Positions 7,405 to 17,014 of a DNA stretch of 33,534 bases are shown here, piece after piece; the first letter of the stretch is position 1; the number at the start of each line of letters is the position of its first letter. Location of the stretch: the IMG/VR virus record IMGVR_UViG_3300005611_000112, positions 1 to 33,534 of that record; one strand, written 5' to 3'. The notes beneath the pieces were generated by a model, which was not told the origin of the DNA, did no database searches, and saw only the letters and a list, made by a program, of their open reading frames with translations. Origin of the DNA: a virus (Duplodnaviria; Caudoviricetes). The translations under genes and the position numbers were made by a program.

Positions 7405-7456
7405 TGGAGATAGCTGACGATTGATGGAGGGTTAGACCCTTATCTCTCGAGGCTAC

Positions 7457-8905
7457 ATGAGAAAGCTCGACTACCAAGCAGAGCAAGATGAAGCGCCACG
7501 CCATATGCGAGCGCTTCACCCTCGTTTCTCTACGCGAGGCATAAGCGGTACACAGCTCAGCGGTGGTGTGATCTCTGGCTATGAGCGCAACCCACAGCTG
7601 ACCGGGGTGAATTGGGTCACTGAGGCAGAGGATATGTTACGGACTGACCCGGTGGTCAGGCGCTCGTGGCATATGCTGCGCCAAACGCTCCTCAGCGCTA
7701 CATGGCGTTGGGAGAGCGCAGATGAGCAAGACCCTCTCTGTAACGAGCTCGCAAGGTTCGCGAATGAGGCTTGGGGTCTCGATGGGTATGCAGGGCAGAT
7801 GACCATGAGCTGGGAGGATCAGCTCAGCTATCTGCTTGAGTTCGTGCCTTTGGGTTATCGGTATGCCGAGGAGGTTTACCGAGTAGGGCCAGACGAGAAT
7901 GGCAAGGTGCGCGTGTGGCTTTGTCACTACGCAGACCGAGAGCCTTCAGCACACATGAGGTGGTTGTCACGCGATAACCAACACCTAGATGGTGTGCTTC
8001 AAAACACTGTTGGTGTGGGTAAGACTGCTGAGCCTATCCCCGCCAACAAGCTCCTGCTCCTCACGCTCAATCGCACAGGCTCCAACTTTGAGGGCTCTGG
8101 TATGCTGCGCCCTGTGTGGTGGTGGTGGCGTACCAAGCAGCGCATCGCCAACATGATGTGCGTGGGCGCTGATCGTTGGGCTATCCCTGCGCCTCGCATC
8201 AAGGTGGATCGCTCGGTGGCAGAGCAACAAGGGCTCACCGACAGCGACATCAACGCGATGATCGATGAGGCAGAGGCACAGGCTCAAGCCTTCCTCAGCG
8301 CAGAGCAAGCGTATCTCATCGACACGCCAGCTGTGAGCTTTGATGTATATGCCCAAGCTCCCAACCTATATGCTCAAGGCCCTCTTGATATTATCAAAGA
8401 GTGTGACAATCAGATAAGCCAAGCCTTCCTCGCGCAGTTTGCCAACCTCGGCATCAGCGATACAGGGGCTAGGTCTGTTGGTGAGATTCACCTCAGCGTG
8501 TTTAGGCGCGCTGCTATCAACCTCTGTGACATTGTGGCTGGCGCTGTCAGTGGTGTTGATCGCAGAGGCGCGGGCACTATCGGCAGACTTATCAGGTGGA
8601 ACTTTGGGAGTGTTGATCCAAGCAAGCTCCCTCGCCTTAGTCATACAGGGCTCGACACTGACGAGCTCGCTGAGAGCCTCGGTGTTATTCCTGAGCTTGT
8701 GCTCGCTGGCTTGGTCACTCCTGACAATGAGCTTGAGCGCATGATCAGAGAGAAGCTTGGCGCGGGTGACTTACCAGAGGAGGCGATGCGCTCATCTGTT
8801 GATCGCCTCATGGGTGTCAAGGGTTATGACGACAGACGTGACCTCTCACCAACTGCCAAGCTCGCAGAATCAATCATCTTGAGGCGCAAGCATGAGAACG
8901 CTTAA
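7457..8905 (+). CDS. portal protein (Mu gp29/DUF935-like)
   Basis: 482 aa following terL; GYRYAEEVY, G.GMLRPVWWWW..K, DRWAIP, IKECDNQISQAFL, GARSVGEIH patterns. Confidence 0.85.
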   Translation: MRKLDYQAEQDEAPRHMRALHPRFSTRGISGTQLSGGVISGYERNPQLTGVNWVTEAEDMLRTDPVVRRSWHMLRQTLLSATWRWESADEQDPLCNELARFANEAWGLDGYAGQMTMSWEDQLSYLLEFVPLGYRYAEEVYRVGPDENGKVRVWLCHYADREPSAHMRWLSRDNQHLDGVLQNTVGVGKTAEPIPANKLLLLTLNRTGSNFEGSGMLRPVWWWWRTKQRIANMMCVGADRWAIPAPRIKVDRSVAEQQGLTDSDINAMIDEAEAQAQAFLSAEQAYLIDTPAVSFDVYAQAPNLYAQGPLDIIKECDNQISQAFLAQFANLGISDTGARSVGEIHLSVFRRAAINLCDIVAGAVSGVDRRGAGTIGRLIRWNFGSVDPSKLPRLSHTGLDTDELAESLGVIPELVLAGLVTPDNELERMIREKLGAGDLPEEAMRSSVDRLMGVKGYDDRRDLSPTAKLAESIILRRKHENA

Positions 8906-10532
8906 GCGCAAGATGAAAGAGGTCGCTTTGGCGATCCCTGACAAGTACAGCCACATCGACTTCAAGCCACCTGAAGGCGCTCGCAAGGCAGCTGAGCGAG
9001 CGTTGAGGCGCAGGGCAGAGAAGCCTCAGTCTCAGCGTGGCATGACTGCTGTGGGTATCGCTCGAGCGCGTGACCTCATCGCAGGCAAGCGCCTATCGCC
9101 AGAGACAGTCAAGAGGATGCTCGCTTACTTCACCCGCCATGAGGTGGATAAGCAGGGCTCTACTTGGGATGACTACGGCAAGGGTCGTCAAGCTTGGGAT
9201 GGTTGGGGTGGTGACGCTGGCTTTGCTTGGGCGCGAAAGGTTGTTAAGCAGATGAACGCAGCCGACAATAAGACAACATCTTTGAGGGCTTATGGCGAGG
9301 CTATGCAAGTCTCACCTCAAGCCACCTATGACGTGCCTGATGGCCTCACTCTCGGCAAGGCTTTCAAGACCTTGGCGCTTGGGCAGGTCAGCTCTCGCAT
9401 GAGTGGCGAGGCGATTGGCGCAGAGATTGACAGGGAGCTTCTTGAGGAGATGGTGCGCGTCTATCAAGACAGGCGTGACGCTGACCCTGTGATCATTGAT
9501 TGGCAACACGCTACATCACCCTTCGGTGGTGGCACACCTGCTCCACCTGAGAGCGGGTCAGCCCTCGGCATGATCGTTGACCTAGAGCTTCGTGAGGATG
9601 GCCTCTACGCAGTGCCAGCCTATAACGAGCGCGGGCTCAAGGTGGTCAAGGATGCAGGTGGTGTCCTGTGGTCAAGCCCTGAATATCTCCAAGGCGAGAT
9701 CTTCACACGCGATGGCGGGGAGAAGGTGGGCGATGCTCAGCTCCTCGCAATCACCCTTACCCCACGCCCTGCTCAGTCTCATCACAAGATTGATAGGGTC
9801 ACACTTAGCGAAAAGGAGCTAATCATGGATGATATGTCCGTTGATGACCTCAAGTCTGCGCTCGCTGCTAAAGACGCTATGGTCAAAGAGCTTGAGCAGA
9901 AGATCAAAGATATGATGGAGGACTCAGAGGCTTCCATGGCTGGCGAGATGTCAGCTGAGGAGATGGCTGAGGAGCCCAAGAAGGATGAGGAGCCCGAGTC
10001 TGAGAAGATGGGCTACAAGTCTGAGGATGAGCTCAAGAAGAACAAGCTCAGCGAGGATCCTTCTGAGGAGCCCACCGATGAGCCCAAAGAGGTGTCTCCT
10101 CCTGCTGTGCAAGCCATGAGCGAGGCTACTCTCCTCAGCGAGATCAACAAGCTCCGCGCTGTGAATACTCAGCTCAGCGAGCGCCTTGGCAAGATCGAGG
10201 CTGAGAAGCTCGCAGTCGAGAGGCGTGAGGCTGTTAGCGCGCTTCTGCGTGAGGGCAAGGTCGCACCTGCTGAGCAACCTGCTGTTGAGGCAGCGTGGGA
10301 TCAGCGCACTTCACAGCCTGTCTTTTGGTCAATGTTCAGCGAGCGCCCTGCAGGGTTCGCTGTGCCTCTCAATGAGGTTGGTCATGGCGCATCAGGCGAG
10401 GAGCTCACCAAGGCCAAGCTCGTTGATCGCGTCAAGGCTCTCGCCTCTGATAAGTCCATCTCCTTTGAGGCTGCGCTCAATCTCTTCCGAGAGCAGCACC
10501 CCCAAGACTATCTCTCAGCGTTCGGAGGTTAA
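8892..10532 (+). CDS. prohead protease/scaffold (Mu gpI-like) with an extra N-terminal domain
   Basis: IIDWQH, LELREDGLYA, WSSPEY, LLAITLTPRPA motifs; acidic coiled-coil C-terminal half. Confidence 0.85.
   Translation: MRTLKRKMKEVALAIPDKYSHIDFKPPEGARKAAERALRRRAEKPQSQRGMTAVGIARARDLIAGKRLSPETVKRMLAYFTRHEVDKQGSTWDDYGKGRQAWDGWGGDAGFAWARKVVKQMNAADNKTTSLRAYGEAMQVSPQATYDVPDGLTLGKAFKTLALGQVSSRMSGEAIGAEIDRELLEEMVRVYQDRRDADPVIIDWQHATSPFGGGTPAPPESGSALGMIVDLELREDGLYAVPAYNERGLKVVKDAGGVLWSSPEYLQGEIFTRDGGEKVGDAQLLAITLTPRPAQSHHKIDRVTLSEKELIMDDMSVDDLKSALAAKDAMVKELEQKIKDMMEDSEASMAGEMSAEEMAEEPKKDEEPESEKMGYKSEDELKKNKLSEDPSEEPTDEPKEVSPPAVQAMSEATLLSEINKLRAVNTQLSERLGKIEAEKLAVERREAVSALLREGKVAPAEQPAVEAAWDQRTSQPVFWSMFSERPAGFAVPLNEVGHGASGEELTKAKLVDRVKALASDKSISFEAALNLFREQHPQDYLSAFGG
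9825..10532 (+). CDS. nested in-frame scaffold protein (Mu gpZ-like)
   Basis: AAGGAG followed by CTAATC and an in-frame ATG just after the protease domain. Confidence 0.6.
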   Translation: MDDMSVDDLKSALAAKDAMVKELEQKIKDMMEDSEASMAGEMSAEEMAEEPKKDEEPESEKMGYKSEDELKKNKLSEDPSEEPTDEPKEVSPPAVQAMSEATLLSEINKLRAVNTQLSERLGKIEAEKLAVERREAVSALLREGKVAPAEQPAVEAAWDQRTSQPVFWSMFSERPAGFAVPLNEVGHGASGEELTKAKLVDRVKALASDKSISFEAALNLFREQHPQDYLSAFGG

Positions 10533-10535
10533 TCC

Positions 10536-10922
10536 ATGAATACGCAGAACATTGTTAAATCCTTTGTCGCAGCGGGTGCCATCACCGAGTTCGCTGTGGT
10601 CGCTCTCACTACTGCTGGCAAGGTCGCTGTGGCTACCGATGCCACCTCTGATCTCGTTGTCGGTATTGCTCAGCGTGGTTGCGCTGCGGGTGACGCTGTT
10701 GAGGTGCTCGTGCATGGCACCTCTCGCGCTATCGCAGGTGGCACCATCGCTCTCACCGATACTCCTCGCCTCGCTGTGACCACGGCAGGCGCTGTTGTGG
10801 CTGGCGATACAAGCGGTGACTACCCCATCGCTCGCTTCCTCCCCAACGTCAATCAGATCGGTGCATCTGCCAACGAGCAGATCTTGGTCTTCTTCCACGG
10901 CCCCATCTTGCCCAACGCCTAA
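10536..10922 (+). CDS. capsid cement/decoration protein (DUF2190-like)
   Basis: 128-aa Ala/Gly/Val-rich protein between scaffold and capsid; VVGIA...GDAVEVLVHG...AGGTI. Confidence 0.75.
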   Translation: MNTQNIVKSFVAAGAITEFAVVALTTAGKVAVATDATSDLVVGIAQRGCAAGDAVEVLVHGTSRAIAGGTIALTDTPRLAVTTAGAVVAGDTSGDYPIARFLPNVNQIGASANEQILVFFHGPILPNA

Positions 10923-10935
10923 TAGGAGGTGATCC

Positions 10936-11937
10936 ATGGCTAGTTCATACAGCAATCTGCATCCCGTTGATGAGATCCTCAGCAGTTTAGTCGTTGAGGC
11001 GGTTCCTAGTGATAGTCAGCTCATCGCTGACAGCCTCTTTGAGACCGTTAAGACTCCTGAGCGCTCAGGCACCTTGCTCCTCGAGGAGACCCGCAACTTT
11101 ATGGGCGCAGGCTCAGGTCTCGACCTTGAGCGCGCACCCGGTGCAGCTCGCGCCAACATCGGTGGCTTTGATCGCTCAAGCACCACCTTCAAGAGCTTGA
11201 TCTACTCTGCTCAGGACAGCATCGCGATGGAGGATATCCTCGACTCGCAGTATCCTGGCTCAGAGGAGGCTCGCATCGCTAAGAAGGTCGCTCGCGTCAT
11301 GAAGCTCGCCAAGGAGAAGCGCGCTGCTGATCTTCTCTTTACAGGTAGCAACTTCAACACCGAGACCTCTACCAATCAGTTCGGTGGCAAGTTCAACGCT
11401 GCGGGCGCTGAGCCTCTCACCTACCTCCATGAGCTCAAGGATGTGCTGTTCGCTAACGCGCATGGCATCAACCCTGACAGCCTCGTGATTGGTCGTGACC
11501 TGTTCCGCACTATGGCTCGCAACCCTGAGGTGCGTGGCTTTGTCGGTTCAGCTTCAGCGGGCATCGCCTCTGGCAACATGATCCTCTCTGATGAGGCTGT
11601 GAAGGCTGTGCTTCGTGACGTGCTCGGCATCCCCAACATCATGGTGGGTGAGGCTCGTCAAGACACTGCTGTGCCTGGCGCGTCTAGCTCTGAGGGCTAC
11701 ATCTGGACTGCTGACACGCTCTTCATGGGTATCCTTCATGGCGCTGACGCTATCGTGCAGAAGAGCGGTGGCGTGAAGGCCATGCCTGTCGCTGCTATGA
11801 ACTTCGAGTTCGGTGGCATGGTGGCAGGTCAGTACGACAGCCTCGACCGCACCCGCCGTTATGTCTATGCCGAGGAGAGCCACCTCTTTAAGGTCATCGA
11901 CAGTTCTCTCGGCTTCGTGCTCACCGACTGCCTCTAA
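10936..11937 (+). CDS. major capsid protein (HK97 fold)
   Basis: 333 aa, very strong RBS (AGGAGGTGA), position after cement, GINPDSLVIG motif. Confidence 0.85.
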   Translation: MASSYSNLHPVDEILSSLVVEAVPSDSQLIADSLFETVKTPERSGTLLLEETRNFMGAGSGLDLERAPGAARANIGGFDRSSTTFKSLIYSAQDSIAMEDILDSQYPGSEEARIAKKVARVMKLAKEKRAADLLFTGSNFNTETSTNQFGGKFNAAGAEPLTYLHELKDVLFANAHGINPDSLVIGRDLFRTMARNPEVRGFVGSASAGIASGNMILSDEAVKAVLRDVLGIPNIMVGEARQDTAVPGASSSEGYIWTADTLFMGILHGADAIVQKSGGVKAMPVAAMNFEFGGMVAGQYDSLDRTRRYVYAEESHLFKVIDSSLGFVLTDCL

Positions 11938-11942
11938 GATAG

Positions 11943-12857
11943 ATGATCTGCTCTTGTGGACGGACTCACGCGACCCTGCTAGCTGAGAAGATCGATGCCG
12001 ATAAAAAGGCAATCGAGGAGCTCAGAGCGCAGGCGCGCACCCAAACAGGAGCCATCAAAGACCTCACTGAGGCGAAGATCAGAGAGTTAGAAGCAGAGCT
12101 GGCAGCTGAGACTGCCATGAAGAAGGCGCTCAGGAAAGCCAAGCGCGAGATCGTAGCCAACCTCAAGGCAGGTCTCTCGCTCGCCTCTCCTGAGTTCTTC
12201 TTCCAACTGACACGCGATCAGCTCCTTGAGTTCGTTCTGCGTGGTGGGCTTGGGCTCGCTGTTGATGAGTTCATGACTCAGCAAGGCGAGATCACCAAGA
12301 CAATCATCGAGACCATCCTAGAGACTTATGATGGACTCACTCCAGAGATGATCAGCGCAGCGCAGATCGATGCCTTACAGGTCAACGCTGCTGATGCTGT
12401 GTTCCAAGACGTGATCATCCCTGACACTCTCAAGAGTGTTCGTGAGGCGCTCAACGCAATCTCCGTTGACGTGCCTATCAATCAAGCTATGACTGCGCTA
12501 TCTGCTCGACTTGAGCAGAGCGAGGGCAGACAGCTCACCGAGGTCAGAACAAAGCTCTCTCAACATGGGCGCGCTGTGACTGCTCAGCTTGCTGATGATG
12601 CGGGGCTCGACCTCTATCTCTACACAGGGCCACGCGATGGAATAACGCGAGGCTTCTGTCGAGCGCTCATCGATCTCGTTGTTGATGAGAAGCAGATGAG
12701 GCGCTTGAACAATGGGCAGGGTTTACCTGTCAAAACAAGCGGTGGCGGGTATAACTGCCGACACTCATGGAGCCCTGTGACTGAGGGCTTTGTGGCAGCC
12801 GCGAACTTGAAGCGAGCGACAGCTCAAGACATATCCAAAGCCAACGCAGGAGCATGA
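11943..12857 (+). CDS. minor head/head morphogenesis protein (Mu gpF/SPP1 gp7-like)
   Basis: C-terminal YTGPRDGITRGFC...GGYNCRHSW motif; helical N-terminal part. Confidence 0.75.
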   Translation: MICSCGRTHATLLAEKIDADKKAIEELRAQARTQTGAIKDLTEAKIRELEAELAAETAMKKALRKAKREIVANLKAGLSLASPEFFFQLTRDQLLEFVLRGGLGLAVDEFMTQQGEITKTIIETILETYDGLTPEMISAAQIDALQVNAADAVFQDVIIPDTLKSVREALNAISVDVPINQAMTALSARLEQSEGRQLTEVRTKLSQHGRAVTAQLADDAGLDLYLYTGPRDGITRGFCRALIDLVVDEKQMRRLNNGQGLPVKTSGGGYNCRHSWSPVTEGFVAAANLKRATAQDISKANAGA

Positions 12858-13813
12858 GCATGATCAAGCTAGTGACAGGACAAAGCCACCTCTTTGAGTG
12901 GATCGCTCCAGCTCCCTTGACCTCAGCGCCCACCTTCAAGGTGTATCGCAACGGCACAGCATCAAGCCTCACCATGACGCAGACGAGAGCCAACGCCTCG
13001 GTGAGCTCCATCTCTAACGATAGGCGCACCTTGACTGTGGATGCTCAAGCCACCGGGCTCCAAGCTGATCAGAGCAAGGCTTACCTCATCACCAATGGTG
13101 ACATGATCTATCCTGTGAGCGTGGCGCGCATGGTCGATAATACAGCGGTGCTCGCTGACCCTCTGCCTAGAGAGGTTGATACATCGAGCGCAGCCTCTTT
13201 GGTCTTCGCCATGTACTATGCCTCAGTGCCAACAGCCGTGACTGATGAGGCGGGCTATTATCCTTGGCAAGTAGAGTACGTGATCGACTTAGGGCAGGGT
13301 GTAGCGCGCAAGGTCGAGAAGGGTCTGCTCAAGGTCACGCCTCGACCCTTCGATACCTCGCTTGATCATGATGGCCTGGTCGATATGTTCCCTCAGCTCG
13401 CTGACATGGTGCCACGCAGACAGACGAGCTATGCGCCACAAGTCAACGCTGCGCTCGAGGAGATCGCTCTGCATATCAGAGATCATCTGCGCGATGAGGA
13501 GCTCACCGAGGATGAGGTGTTCAACGCTCAGAGCTTCCGTAACGCTCACGCCTACTGCACAGCAGCGCGTGTCTATGAGATGGCAGGTCAGCTCGACACA
13601 GCCAACGCGATGAGGGAGCGCTGTGATGAGCTCATGCAGATCGCGCTGAGGTCTGTGGCGATTGATCGCGATGGTGACAACATCGTTGATGAGGGCGAGA
13701 TCAACCAAGCCAAGACAGGCGGGAGCGCTAGAGACTTGCGAGCCTCTTGGCGCACCTACACCAAGACTGCTTATGACAGCACCTTCACGCCAGCGCGGGC
13801 GATGAGGCACTAA
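12854..13813 (+). CDS. putative head-tail adaptor/structural protein
   Basis: Position in the neck region; beta-rich N-terminal half and helical C-terminal half. Function inferred from synteny. Confidence 0.55.
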   Translation: MSMIKLVTGQSHLFEWIAPAPLTSAPTFKVYRNGTASSLTMTQTRANASVSSISNDRRTLTVDAQATGLQADQSKAYLITNGDMIYPVSVARMVDNTAVLADPLPREVDTSSAASLVFAMYYASVPTAVTDEAGYYPWQVEYVIDLGQGVARKVEKGLLKVTPRPFDTSLDHDGLVDMFPQLADMVPRRQTSYAPQVNAALEEIALHIRDHLRDEELTEDEVFNAQSFRNAHAYCTAARVYEMAGQLDTANAMRERCDELMQIALRSVAIDRDGDNIVDEGEINQAKTGGSARDLRASWRTYTKTAYDSTFTPARAMRH

Positions 13814-13816
13814 GCC

Positions 13817-14335
13817 ATGCCTGCAACAGTAAGGCTCAACCTGCCTAACTCGCTGTGGACTGCGAAGGATAGCGCGCGCCTCGCTGCCAATACTGTCGCA
13901 GCTATTAAGCTGAGGACAGGCAAGGGACTTGACGCTAATGGCCAACCCTTCAAGGCATACTCAACACGCCCCATTTATGTGGCCTTTAGAGGCGCTCGCC
14001 TCAAGCCTAAAGGTGGGCGCTTGTCACGCACAGGGCGCAGCATCTTTTACGCAGGTGGTTATCAGCAATACAAGCAGGACAGCAGAAGGCGTGGCGCGGG
14101 CTCGTCTGCGCTCGTTGACTTGGTGGCCTCTGGCATCATGCTCAACAACCTTGTGGTGCTTCACGCTGACGACAAGCGCTTTATCCTCGGCATGACACCT
14201 CATGTGAGGCACTACGCCTATGCAGTCAACGCTGAGCGCGAGTTCTTAGGGCTATCTGCTCAAGACGTGAATATGCTAGTCTCAGCCGTTGAACATGAGC
14301 TGATGCAGAAGCTCAAGAGGAGAGGTCAGCGATGA
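13817..14335 (+). CDS. virion morphogenesis/tail completion protein (Mu gpG-like)
   Basis: Basic; GLDANGQPFKAYS, VDLVASG.ML, REFLGLS motifs. Confidence 0.75.
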   Translation: MPATVRLNLPNSLWTAKDSARLAANTVAAIKLRTGKGLDANGQPFKAYSTRPIYVAFRGARLKPKGGRLSRTGRSIFYAGGYQQYKQDSRRRGAGSSALVDLVASGIMLNNLVVLHADDKRFILGMTPHVRHYAYAVNAEREFLGLSAQDVNMLVSAVEHELMQKLKRRGQR

Positions 14336-14793
14336 GCCAAGGTATCTCAGCAGCTCTCGACCACCTAGCAGGTCAGATCGAGGCGATCACGCCAAAGACT
14401 GACGTTTATCATGGCTTCGTGTCTATCGACATTGATGGGCGCACAAGCCCTCTTGAGGCTCACCAACACACCACGCGCTTCTTTGAGATGAGGCTTAACG
14501 GCTTCGCCATTGATGATGGCGCTGCAGGTCTCAGCGGGCGCAGACGAGCCAACGTGCTCTTGCGTGTTAAGTATGAGGTAGGCGAGCGCAGGTATATGGA
14601 GCGCATGGTGGCAGAGGATGCTAGCGCCCTCTTGCTCACCTTGAAGGGCCCAAGCTATGACCTCGCCAACACAGGCATCATCTCAGTTATCCCAGGTGAG
14701 CCATCGACAGAGCCCGCTCTTGATCCAACCACAGAGCAGGTCAGCATGATCTTAAACTTTCCCTTTGATCTACTTTACTTGGAGGCATTATGA
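14332..14793 (+). CDS. putative tail terminator
   Basis: 153 aa immediately before the tail tube gene; synteny. Confidence 0.55.
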   Translation: MSQGISAALDHLAGQIEAITPKTDVYHGFVSIDIDGRTSPLEAHQHTTRFFEMRLNGFAIDDGAAGLSGRRRANVLLRVKYEVGERRYMERMVAEDASALLLTLKGPSYDLANTGIISVIPGEPSTEPALDPTTEQVSMILNFPFDLLYLEAL

Positions 14794-16082
14794 GCGTCAC
14801 TCATCGTTCCCTCAGTGTGGCTGTGGAGAGCGCCTTTGGCTCACTCAGCGCGTCAACAGGTCTGCCTGACAACAGTGGGCTCACCTATACCTCTATCCCA
14901 TGCGAGCGTGACCCCATCGTGGTTTATGGTGACCCTGTGGTCAGCGAGCGCAATGATGCTCGCGATGGCTCCTATGGTCTGCCTCCTGAGCCTGACACTG
15001 TGTGGAGCTCTGGCGCTCGAGTGCAGAGGCGCACAGGTCAGATCAGCCTTCGCCTTGACCTCACCACGATTGGGAGTGAAGCCAACAACTATGACACCAA
15101 CTATCTTGGTTATCTGCTTGGCGCAGGTCTCCTTACTGCTAAACACAGTGTCTCCCTTGATCCTGTCAGCAGTGTCTCTGATGTCAACACCTTCACACCC
15201 ACCACCACATCCACCAATTATGCTGTGGGCGCTATTCTTGGCGCTGAGCTTAATGGTCGCGCAGAGTACAGCGCGGTAACTGACAATGATGTCAGCGGTG
15301 ACGTAACTGTGAGCCCTGCCTTTAGCGCTGGCTTTACAGGCACACCCACCATGCGCCTCATGCAAACCTGGTTCCCTGGCTCACGCTCTGTACTTGGTGA
15401 TCGCACTCACAGCCTCAGCTTCCGAGTGGATGGGGTCAACTTCCGTTCATTCGCTTATGGCTGTGTGCTTGAGAGCCTCGCTCTCAGCCTCGATAATGGG
15501 CGCGTGATGGCTGACCTCACTTATCAAGCTGCGCTGATCCAAGATGATCATGGCAACGCTGTCGGCCCTATCGAGCCCACCTACAACTCAGGAGCTCCTG
15601 CCTTCTTCCGAGGCTCTTATGTTGTGGTGTCTGACGCTGCGCCCACCTCGCTCACCAACGCCAGCACCGGTGACACCCTCGGTCGCGTGGCGCTCGATGT
15701 TGAGGACTTCAGCTTCACCATCACCAACACCCTCACGCCTTTGGGTCACAGCAACAGCTTGCTCGCCATGTCTGACATGGAGATTACCGATGTAGATGTT
15801 GAGCTGAGCCTCACCTTGAGCACAGCCAACAGCTCACTCAATAGCGACTTCTTCAATCGCCAGCTTCGTCAAGTCTTGGTAGGCATGGGCCCTATCGGTG
15901 ATGGTCTTGGCGCTGCTGTGATGATCCCCGCAGCTTACCTCACCGGTGACGCTTCCAAGTATGAGGTTGGCGGTAATGACATCGTGCGCCAACAGCTCAC
16001 CTATAAGGCTTCACGCTTCGGTGGTGACGTGAGCGAGAGCGGTGCTGGTAACAGCCCTGTTCGCATCGCGTTGGGGGTGTAA
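14790..16082 (+). CDS. major tail (tube) protein
   Basis: VAVESAFG N-terminus, FSFTITNTL, S/T/G-rich beta protein upstream of chaperone and tape measure. Confidence 0.78.
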   Translation: MSVTHRSLSVAVESAFGSLSASTGLPDNSGLTYTSIPCERDPIVVYGDPVVSERNDARDGSYGLPPEPDTVWSSGARVQRRTGQISLRLDLTTIGSEANNYDTNYLGYLLGAGLLTAKHSVSLDPVSSVSDVNTFTPTTTSTNYAVGAILGAELNGRAEYSAVTDNDVSGDVTVSPAFSAGFTGTPTMRLMQTWFPGSRSVLGDRTHSLSFRVDGVNFRSFAYGCVLESLALSLDNGRVMADLTYQAALIQDDHGNAVGPIEPTYNSGAPAFFRGSYVVVSDAAPTSLTNASTGDTLGRVALDVEDFSFTITNTLTPLGHSNSLLAMSDMEITDVDVELSLTLSTANSSLNSDFFNRQLRQVLVGMGPIGDGLGAAVMIPAAYLTGDASKYEVGGNDIVRQQLTYKASRFGGDVSESGAGNSPVRIALGV

Positions 16083-16085
16083 GAG

Positions 16086-16592
16086 ATGGCGCTCTCATTC
16101 ATGCCTTCGGCAGACATGACGATTGACGTGGTGGTCAGTGTTGACCCAAGCGTCAAGGCGAGCCCTGAGCAGTGGCGCGCCTATATGGAGACAGGTGACG
16201 TGACAGAGCTTGAGGCTTATGAGGGCGCTACTCTATTTACGCTCAAGGCTCTCTCGCCCTCTGAGCGTGAGCAAGCCGAGGTCAAGGCAGGAGCTTACAC
16301 GCGCTCTGAGCTTGGCAGGATGCTTTGGGTTGAGGCTCCTGATGACCTCAAGGCTAAGGCGCGTTGGCACCATGAGCTCTCTGAGGATGAGCGCGAGGCG
16401 CTCGCCATGTATCAGCACTACCTCAATCAAGTCTTTGTGGAGATGGTGCGCGCCTCTCTCATCAAGATTGATGGTGAGCCTGCTGAGGGTCGCGTTGATG
16501 CAATCAAGCCAGAGTCTCATCGCCTCGCTGTGATCAGTGAGCTTGTGCAGCATATTCAACGCATCAGCCTCTTGGGCTTGCGGGGAAAATAG
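16086..16592 (+). CDS. tail assembly chaperone (gpG-like)
   Basis: Between tube and tape measure; FTLKALS..ER; ends in a slippery site. Confidence 0.78.
   Translation: MALSFMPSADMTIDVVVSVDPSVKASPEQWRAYMETGDVTELEAYEGATLFTLKALSPSEREQAEVKAGAYTRSELGRMLWVEAPDDLKAKARWHHELSEDEREALAMYQHYLNQVFVEMVRASLIKIDGEPAEGRVDAIKPESHRLAVISELVQHIQRISLLGLRGK
16583..16589 (+). promoter_or_regulatory. programmed -1 ribosomal frameshift site G GGA AAA
   Basis: X XXY YYZ heptamer in the correct phase immediately before TAG; the -1 frame is open to 17014. Confidence 0.85.
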
Positions 16593-17014
16593 CGCTCGCC
16601 TCCTCTGTATGGTTGGGGAATAGTGGAGGCAGAGGTTGGAGCTGTGATCAGTGTAAGGCTAAGCCTTCGCTGAGGCGTTTGCGTGGCAACTGTGGCGGGC
16701 CCTTTCAGCAGGGCTTACCTATGGCTCAACGCGATGAGCTTGGGCTGTTTGTGCCTGGCTATCGAGTAGCGCCTAACAGCGGGGCCACCTTCTCTGACCT
16801 AGAGGTGAGGCACTGCCCCATCGCTGACGCTAACAGGCTCGCCTCTGTGATCAGCGCTTATTATCGCCAGCGTCAAGGCTTAGGCTCGATTGATGCTGTG
16901 TTTCCTAACCCTTCCTGTGCAATAGTGGAGGCGCTCGATGTGCTACACTCGAACACAGAAGATATGCTCGCTCGCAAGCAAGAGCAGATGATGCAGGAGG
17001 CTCGTAATGGCTGA
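16589..17014 (+). CDS. frameshift extension of the tail chaperone (gpT-like)
   Basis: -1 frame reads IALASSVWLGNSGGRGWSCDQC... and joins the 16613-17014 ORF, which has no good start of its own. Confidence 0.78.
   Translation: MALASSVWLGNSGGRGWSCDQCKAKPSLRRLRGNCGGPFQQGLPMAQRDELGLFVPGYRVAPNSGATFSDLEVRHCPIADANRLASVISAYYRQRQGLGSIDAVFPNPSCAIVEALDVLHSNTEDMLARKQEQMMQEARNG

Noticed and set aside
7405-7456. Possible structure in the portal leader (GAGATA/TATCTC, AGGGT/ACCCT)
   Set aside because: Stems are short and expected by chance; no recognisable RNA family.
13289-13945. 218-aa minus-strand ORF and similar antisense ORFs across the structural operon
   Set aside because: Fully antisense to well-supported genes, no motifs; expected in GC-rich coding DNA.
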